IMG/VR virus record: IMGVR_UViG_2778261375_000004
Direction: 5' to 3' (one strand)
DNA length: 11,810 nucleotides
Origin: a virus
Lineage: Duplodnaviria > Heunggongvirae > Uroviricota > Caudoviricetes
The notes beneath the pieces were generated by a model. The model made no database searches. It was given only the letters and a program-made list of their open reading frames with translations, and had not been told where the DNA came from. Shown in pieces: positions 7,230 through 11,810 of this stretch (the stretch's first letter is position 1; each line of letters starts with the position of its first letter). A program made the translations under genes and the position numbers.

Positions 7230-7418
7230 ATGAAAACGTTATTACCAAACGTTAATACGTCTGAAGGTTGTTTTGAAATTGGTGTCACTATCAGTAACCC
7301 AGTATTTACTGAAGATGCCATTAACAAGAGAAAACAAGAACGGGAGCTATTAAATAAAATATGCATTGTTTCAATGCTGGCTCGTTTACGTCTGATGCCA
7401 AAAAGATGTGCACAATGA
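7230..7418 (+). CDS. dicB: Cell-division inhibitor DicB (62 aa)
   Basis: ATG 7230 with GAGGA 7 nt upstream. Translation MKTLLPNVNTSEGCFEIGVTISNPVFTEDAINKRKQERELLNKICIVSMLARLRLMPKRCAQ matches my recollection of E. coli DicB (62 aa). The ORF-track start at 7125 is an upstream extension without an RBS. Confidence 0.75.
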   Translation: MKTLLPNVNTSEGCFEIGVTISNPVFTEDAINKRKQERELLNKICIVSMLARLRLMPKRCAQ

Positions 7419-7606
7419 ATTCAGCATTTGCGCTTGTTCTGACAGTTTTTCTTGTTTCCGGAGAGCCAGTTGATATTGCAGTCAGTGTTCACAGGACAAT
7501 GCAGGAGTGTATGACTGCAGCAACCGAACAGAAAATTCCCGGTAACTGTTACCCGGTCGATAAAGTTATTCACCAGGATAATATCGAAATCCCGGCAGGT
7601 CTTTAA
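7415..7606 (+). CDS. ydfD: small membrane protein, YdfD-like (63 aa)
   Basis: ATG 7415 overlaps the dicB stop (ATGA, translational coupling). N-terminal hydrophobic helix MNSAFALVLTVFLVSG...; 63 aa, matching the size and position of ydfD (Qin lysis-associated protein). The track start at 7361 is less likely. Confidence 0.6.
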   Translation: MNSAFALVLTVFLVSGEPVDIAVSVHRTMQECMTAATEQKIPGNCYPVDKVIHQDNIEIPAGL

Positions 7607-7699
7607 AACAGTTCCGTAATAAATATCCGGTTTCATTCTTATATGCCAGCAATGGCAGGGATTTATTCATCCTTAAATCTGTCATGAGGTTAAAATAAA

Positions 7700-10171
7700 A
7701 TGAGTAAAGTCTTTATTTGCGCCGCTATTCCTGACGAACTGGCAACAAGGGAAGAAGGCGCTGTGGCTGTAGCCACAGCCATTGAAGCTGGCGACGAACG
7801 CCGTGCTCGAGCAAAATTTCACTGGCAATTCCTGGAACATTATCCGGCTGCTCAGGACTGCGCTTATAAATTTATTGTCTGCGAGGATAAACCTGGCATA
7901 CCCCGCCCAGCCCTCGATTCATGGGATGCTGAATATATGCAGGAAAACCGCTGGGATGAGGATTCTGCTTCTTTTGTTCCGGTTGAGACTGAATCCGATC
8001 CGATGAACGTCACTTTTGACAAGCTGGCCCCTGAAGTACAGAACGCTGTCATGGTTAAGTTCGACACATGTGAAAACATCACCGTTGATATGATTATTAG
8101 CGCGCAGGAATTGTTGCAGGAAGACATGGCAACATTCGACGGACATATCGTTGAAGCGTTGATGAAAATGCCAGAAGTTAACGCCATGTATCCGGAGCTT
8201 AAGTTGCACGCCATTGGGTGGGTTAAGCATAAATGTATTCCTAGTGCTAAATGGCCCGAAATTCAGGCAGAGATGCGCATCTGGAAAAAACGTCGCGAAG
8301 GTGAACGCAAGGAAACCGGAAAATACACGTCTGTTGTTGATCTCGCCCGCGCCAGAACCAATCAACAGTACACTGAAAATTCAACAGGAAAAATCTGCCC
8401 GGTCATTGCTGCCATTCATCGCGAATACAAGCAGACATGGAAAACACTGGATGACGAACTGGCCTACGCTCTCTGGCCTGGTGATGTGGGTGCCGGAAAC
8501 ATTGACGGCAGCATCCATCGCTGGGCAAAAAAAGAAGTTATCGACAACGACCGCGAAGACTGGAAGCGTATCTCGGCATCAATGCGCAAACAGCCTGATG
8601 CCCTTCGCTACGACCGCCAAACTATTTTTGGCCTTGTCCGTGAGCGTCCGATCGACATTCACAAAGATCCCGTAGCACTGAACAAATATATCTGCGAATA
8701 CCTGACGACAAAGGGCGCGTTTGAGAATGAAGAAACAGACCTGGGCACTGTTGATGTTCTCCAGTCATCAGAAACACAAACTGATGCAGTGGAAACTGAG
8801 GTATCTGATATCCCAAAAAATGAAACCGCGCCGGAAGCTGAACCATCTGTAGAGCGTGAGGGGCCGTTCTATTTCCTCTTCGCAGATAAGGACGGAGAAA
8901 AATACGGTCGCGCAAACAAACTTTCTGGTCTGGATAAGGCACTGGCTGCTGGCGCCACTGAAATCACAAAAGAAGAATATTTTGCCCGAAAAAATGGCAC
9001 ATACACGGGCTTACCGCAAAATGTAGATACCGCTGAAGATTCAGAACAACCAGAGCCGATAAAAGTTACCGCTGACGAAGTAAACAAAATTATGCAGGCA
9101 GCCAATATCAGCCAGCCTGACGCCGATAAGTTGCTTGCTGCATCACGTGGTGAATTTGTTGAAGGGATTAGTGACCCGAATGATCCGAAATGGGTTAAGG
9201 GGATCCAGACCCGCGATTCTGTGAACCAGAACCAGCATGAATCGGAACGGAACTACCAAAAAGCGGAACAAAACAGTCCAAATGCGTTACAAAACGAGCC
9301 AGAAACGAAACAGCCTGAACCAGTGGCGCAACAGGAAGTGGAAAAAGCCTGCACCGCTTGCGGTCAGACCGGCGGCGGCAACTGCCCTGATTGTGGCGCG
9401 GTGATGGGCGACGCAACATACCAAGAAACATTCGATGAAGAGTATCAGGTTGAAGTTCAGGAAGATGATCCGGAGGAAATGGAAGGCGCTGAACATCCAC
9501 ACAAGGAGAACACTGGCGGCAATCAGCATCACAATAGCGATAATGAAACTGGCGAGACGGCAGATCACCCAATTAAGGTGAACGGTCATCACGAAATCAC
9601 ATCCACCAGCAGGACGTGTGACCATCTAATGATCGACCTTGAAACCATGGGAAAAAATCCTGATGCCCCGATCATCTCAATAGGTGCAATATTTTTCGAT
9701 CCGCAAACCGGAGATATGGGACCGGAATTTAGTAAGACTATCGATCTGGAAACTGCTGGCGGAGTCATTGATCGGGACACCATTAAATGGTGGCTTAAGC
9801 AATCACGCGAAGCGCAATCTGCCATTATGACCGATGAAATCCCGTTAGATGATGCACTGTTACAATTGCGGGAATTTATCGACGAAAACTCCGGTGAATT
9901 TTTTGTTCATGTCTGGGGAAATGGAGCCAACTTCGACAACACGATTTTGCGCCGTTCATACGAACGGCAGGGGATCCCCTGCCCGTGGCGTTACTACAAC
10001 GATCGCGATGTACGCACAATCGTTGAGCTGGGGAAAGCCATAGACTTCGATGCCAGAACGGCTATTCCATTCGAAGGTGAGCGCCATAATGCACTTGATG
10101 ACGCCCGTTACCAGGCAAAATACGTTTCAGTTATCTGGCAAAAACTGATCCCGAGTCAGGCTGATTCTTAA
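7700..10171 (+). CDS. RecE/ExoVIII-like prophage protein with C4 zinc ribbon and C-terminal DEDDh (DnaQ-like) 3'-5' exonuclease domain
   Basis: 823 aa, ATG 7700 with GAGGT 9 nt upstream. DEDDh motifs read from the translation: Exo I M-I-D-L-E (D646, E648; nt 9629-9643), Exo II HVWGNGANFDN (D746), Exo III H-N-A-L-D-D (H796, D801). Cys4 motif CTAC...CPDC (~nt 9350-9397). Segment KLLAASRGEFVEGISDPNDPKWVKGIQTRD resembles RecE as recalled. Corresponds to an intact version of the IS-disrupted ydfE of Qin. Confidence 0.8.
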   Translation: MSKVFICAAIPDELATREEGAVAVATAIEAGDERRARAKFHWQFLEHYPAAQDCAYKFIVCEDKPGIPRPALDSWDAEYMQENRWDEDSASFVPVETESDPMNVTFDKLAPEVQNAVMVKFDTCENITVDMIISAQELLQEDMATFDGHIVEALMKMPEVNAMYPELKLHAIGWVKHKCIPSAKWPEIQAEMRIWKKRREGERKETGKYTSVVDLARARTNQQYTENSTGKICPVIAAIHREYKQTWKTLDDELAYALWPGDVGAGNIDGSIHRWAKKEVIDNDREDWKRISASMRKQPDALRYDRQTIFGLVRERPIDIHKDPVALNKYICEYLTTKGAFENEETDLGTVDVLQSSETQTDAVETEVSDIPKNETAPEAEPSVEREGPFYFLFADKDGEKYGRANKLSGLDKALAAGATEITKEEYFARKNGTYTGLPQNVDTAEDSEQPEPIKVTADEVNKIMQAANISQPDADKLLAASRGEFVEGISDPNDPKWVKGIQTRDSVNQNQHESERNYQKAEQNSPNALQNEPETKQPEPVAQQEVEKACTACGQTGGGNCPDCGAVMGDATYQETFDEEYQVEVQEDDPEEMEGAEHPHKENTGGNQHHNSDNETGETADHPIKVNGHHEITSTSRTCDHLMIDLETMGKNPDAPIISIGAIFFDPQTGDMGPEFSKTIDLETAGGVIDRDTIKWWLKQSREAQSAIMTDEIPLDDALLQLREFIDENSGEFFVHVWGNGANFDNTILRRSYERQGIPCPWRYYNDRDVRTIVELGKAIDFDARTAIPFEGERHNALDDARYQAKYVSVIWQKLIPSQADS

Positions 10172-10182
10172 TGTTCAACTGT

Positions 10183-10214
10183 CGCCGGTTGTGACTGGTA
10201 TTCTGCAACCGGCG
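10183..10214 (+). other. Stable hairpin between the exonuclease gene and the excisionase-position gene
   Basis: 9-bp perfect stem CGCCGGTTG (10183-10191) / CAACCGGCG (10206-10214) with a 14-nt loop; not followed by a T-run, so it is not a canonical intrinsic terminator. Confidence 0.35.
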
Positions 10215-10243
10215 CTCGTCTAATGTAAGAGATAAAGAAATCG

Positions 10244-10495
10244 ATGAGCGAAGTAATCATGATTGTCTCTCCCGGCAAATGGGTATCCGAAGAGCAGTTA
10301 ATTGCGCTGAAAGGAATAAAAAAAGGTACGTTAAAAAAGGCCCGGGAAAAATCGTTTATGGAAGGAAGGGAATATAAGCATGTCGCTCATGACGGTATGC
10401 CATGGGATAACAGCCCATGCTTTTACAACCTGGAAGAAATTGATCGCTGGATTGAGCGCCAGGCATCAGCAAGACCAAGACGTCATCTTACTTGA
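10244..10495 (+). CDS. small protein in excisionase position (putative Xis / DNA-binding recombination directionality factor)
   Basis: 83 aa, directly upstream of and co-oriented with the integrase (20-35 bp gap), basic and small. Assignment is by position and size only; no motif recognised with certainty. Confidence 0.45.
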   Translation: MSEVIMIVSPGKWVSEEQLIALKGIKKGTLKKAREKSFMEGREYKHVAHDGMPWDNSPCFYNLEEIDRWIERQASARPRRHLT

Positions 10496-10529
10496 CTAAA
10501 AGCCACACTAACTAATGAGAGAAGTTGAA

Positions 10530-11810
10530 ATGAAATATCCGACAGGCGTGGAAAACCATGGAGGGAAATTACGTATCTGGTTTGTTTATAAAGGCGTAAG
10601 AGTCAGGGAAAACCTGGGGGTTCCTGACACAGCAAAAAACAGGCGCGTTGCAGGCGAGCTACGCGCCTCTGTTTGTTACGCAATAAAAACTGGTGTTTTC
10701 GACTATGCAAAACAGTTTCCCTCCTCACGCAATCTGGAAAAATTTGGTGAGACCCGACAAGATTTAACCATAAAAGAACTGGCTGAAAAATTTCTGGCAC
10801 TGAAAGAAACTGAAGTCGCAAAAACATCACTCAACACATACCGTGCCGTCATCAAAAATATCCTGAGCATAATCGGTGAAAAAAATCTTGCCTCATCGAT
10901 TAATAAAGAAAAATTACTGGAGGTTCGTAAAGAGCTACTGACTGGATACCAGATCCCCAAAAGTAACTATATTGTTACACAACCAGGAAGATCGGCTGTA
11001 ACTGTAAATAATTACATGACAAATCTTAACGCCGTGTTCCAGTTTGGTGTTGATAACGGTTACCTGGCAGATAACCCGTTTAAGGGGATCTCGCCATTAA
11101 AGGAATCAAGAACCATTCCGGATCCTCTTTCGCGGGAGGAATTCATCCGTCTTATCGATGCGTGCAGAAATCAGCAAGCCAAAAATTTATGGTGTGTTTC
11201 TGTTTATACTGGCGTTCGCCCTGGTGAGCTGTGTGCACTTGGATGGGAGGACATAGATCTGAAAAATGGAACAATGATGATCAGGAGAAATTTAGCAAAA
11301 GACCGTTTCACGGTACCAAAAACACAGGCGGGAACCAATCGGGTCATTCATCTTATTAAGCCAGCAATCGACGCTCTCCGGAGTCAGATGACATTAACGA
11401 GACTGAGCAAAGAGCATATCATTGATGTTCACCTCAGAGAGTATGGCAGAACAGAAAAACATAAATGCACCTTTGTTTTTCAACCTGAAGTGTCAGCGAG
11501 AGTAAAAAATTATGGTGACCATTTTACCGTTGACTCAATAAGGCAGATGTGGGACGCAGCGATAAAACGTGCCGGACTCCGCCATCGAAAATCATATCAG
11601 TCGAGACATACTTATGCCTGCTGGTCGCTGACAGCTGGTGCTAACCCGGCATTTATAGCAAACCAGATGGGCCATGCAGATGCGCAAATGGTATTTCAGG
11701 TATACGGAAAATGGATGTCTGAAAACAATAATGCACAGGTAGCTTTGTTAAATACACAGTTAAGCGAGTTTGCCCCAACCATGCCCCATAACGAAGCAAT
11801 GAAAAATTAA
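10530..11810 (+). CDS. int: Tyrosine site-specific integrase (phage integrase family)
   Basis: Catalytic signature in the C-terminal domain: box I Arg (TGVRPGEL), box II ...SRHTYACWSLTAGANPAFIANQMGHADAQMVFQVYGKWM with the H-x-x-R and nucleophile Tyr pattern. Start taken as ATG 10530 (purine-rich GAGAAG 5-6 nt upstream); the ORF-track start 10515 is an alternative. Stop TAA at 11808-11810, the window end. Confidence 0.9.
   Translation: MKYPTGVENHGGKLRIWFVYKGVRVRENLGVPDTAKNRRVAGELRASVCYAIKTGVFDYAKQFPSSRNLEKFGETRQDLTIKELAEKFLALKETEVAKTSLNTYRAVIKNILSIIGEKNLASSINKEKLLEVRKELLTGYQIPKSNYIVTQPGRSAVTVNNYMTNLNAVFQFGVDNGYLADNPFKGISPLKESRTIPDPLSREEFIRLIDACRNQQAKNLWCVSVYTGVRPGELCALGWEDIDLKNGTMMIRRNLAKDRFTVPKTQAGTNRVIHLIKPAIDALRSQMTLTRLSKEHIIDVHLREYGRTEKHKCTFVFQPEVSARVKNYGDHFTVDSIRQMWDAAIKRAGLRHRKSYQSRHTYACWSLTAGANPAFIANQMGHADAQMVFQVYGKWMSENNNAQVALLNTQLSEFAPTMPHNEAMKN

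Noticed and set aside
6528-7636. Minus-strand ORFs 6528-6752, 6677-6880, 7031-7366, 7421-7636
   Set aside because: Antisense to ydfC, the DicF region, dicB and ydfD; Cys/Ser-rich or otherwise non-protein-like with no RBS. The 7031-7366 ORF is the antisense of DicF/dicB.
7782-10043. Seven internal ORFs inside the 823-aa exonuclease gene (both strands)
   Set aside because: Alternative-frame or antisense ORFs within a long CDS that has a strong RBS and clear catalytic motifs.
10603-10960. Minus-strand ORFs 10603-10830 and 10703-10960
   Set aside because: Antisense inside the integrase gene.
11700-11810. Attachment site or tRNA at the integrase end
   Set aside because: The window ends at the integrase stop codon; nothing downstream can be examined and no tRNA-like sequence occurs elsewhere in the window.

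Overview
The window holds the integrase-proximal part of a defective lambdoid (Rac/Qin-type) prophage of an E. coli-like enterobacterium, with a cargo osmolyte transporter and the 3' end of an IS21-family element on its left. Left to right: (1) istB 3' portion and IS end (1-~528); (2) a BCCT transporter, BetU-like, on the minus strand with an intrinsic terminator; (3) a minus-strand replication/early-right module: a 140-aa hypothetical, a DnaT-like (YdaU-type) replication initiator carrying internal iteron arrays, a YdaT-like and a YdaS/Cro-like gene; (4) a divergent immunity switch with a CI-type HTH repressor flanked on both sides by pairs of TACC-N4-GGTA palindromic operators; (5) a plus-strand early-left operon: ydfA/ydfB/ydfC-like small genes, DicF sRNA, dicB, a ydfD-like small membrane protein, an 823-aa RecE/ExoVIII-like protein with a C-terminal DEDDh 3'-5' exonuclease domain, an excisionase-position gene and a tyrosine integrase ending at the window edge (att site expected just beyond 11810). 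No virion or lysis-cassette genes, tRNA or CRISPR were seen. Family and name assignments are from recalled sequence and from motifs read in the translations; no database search was run. The most interesting signals are the helically phased iterons inside the replication gene, the operator geometry around the repressor, and the exonuclease fusion protein.
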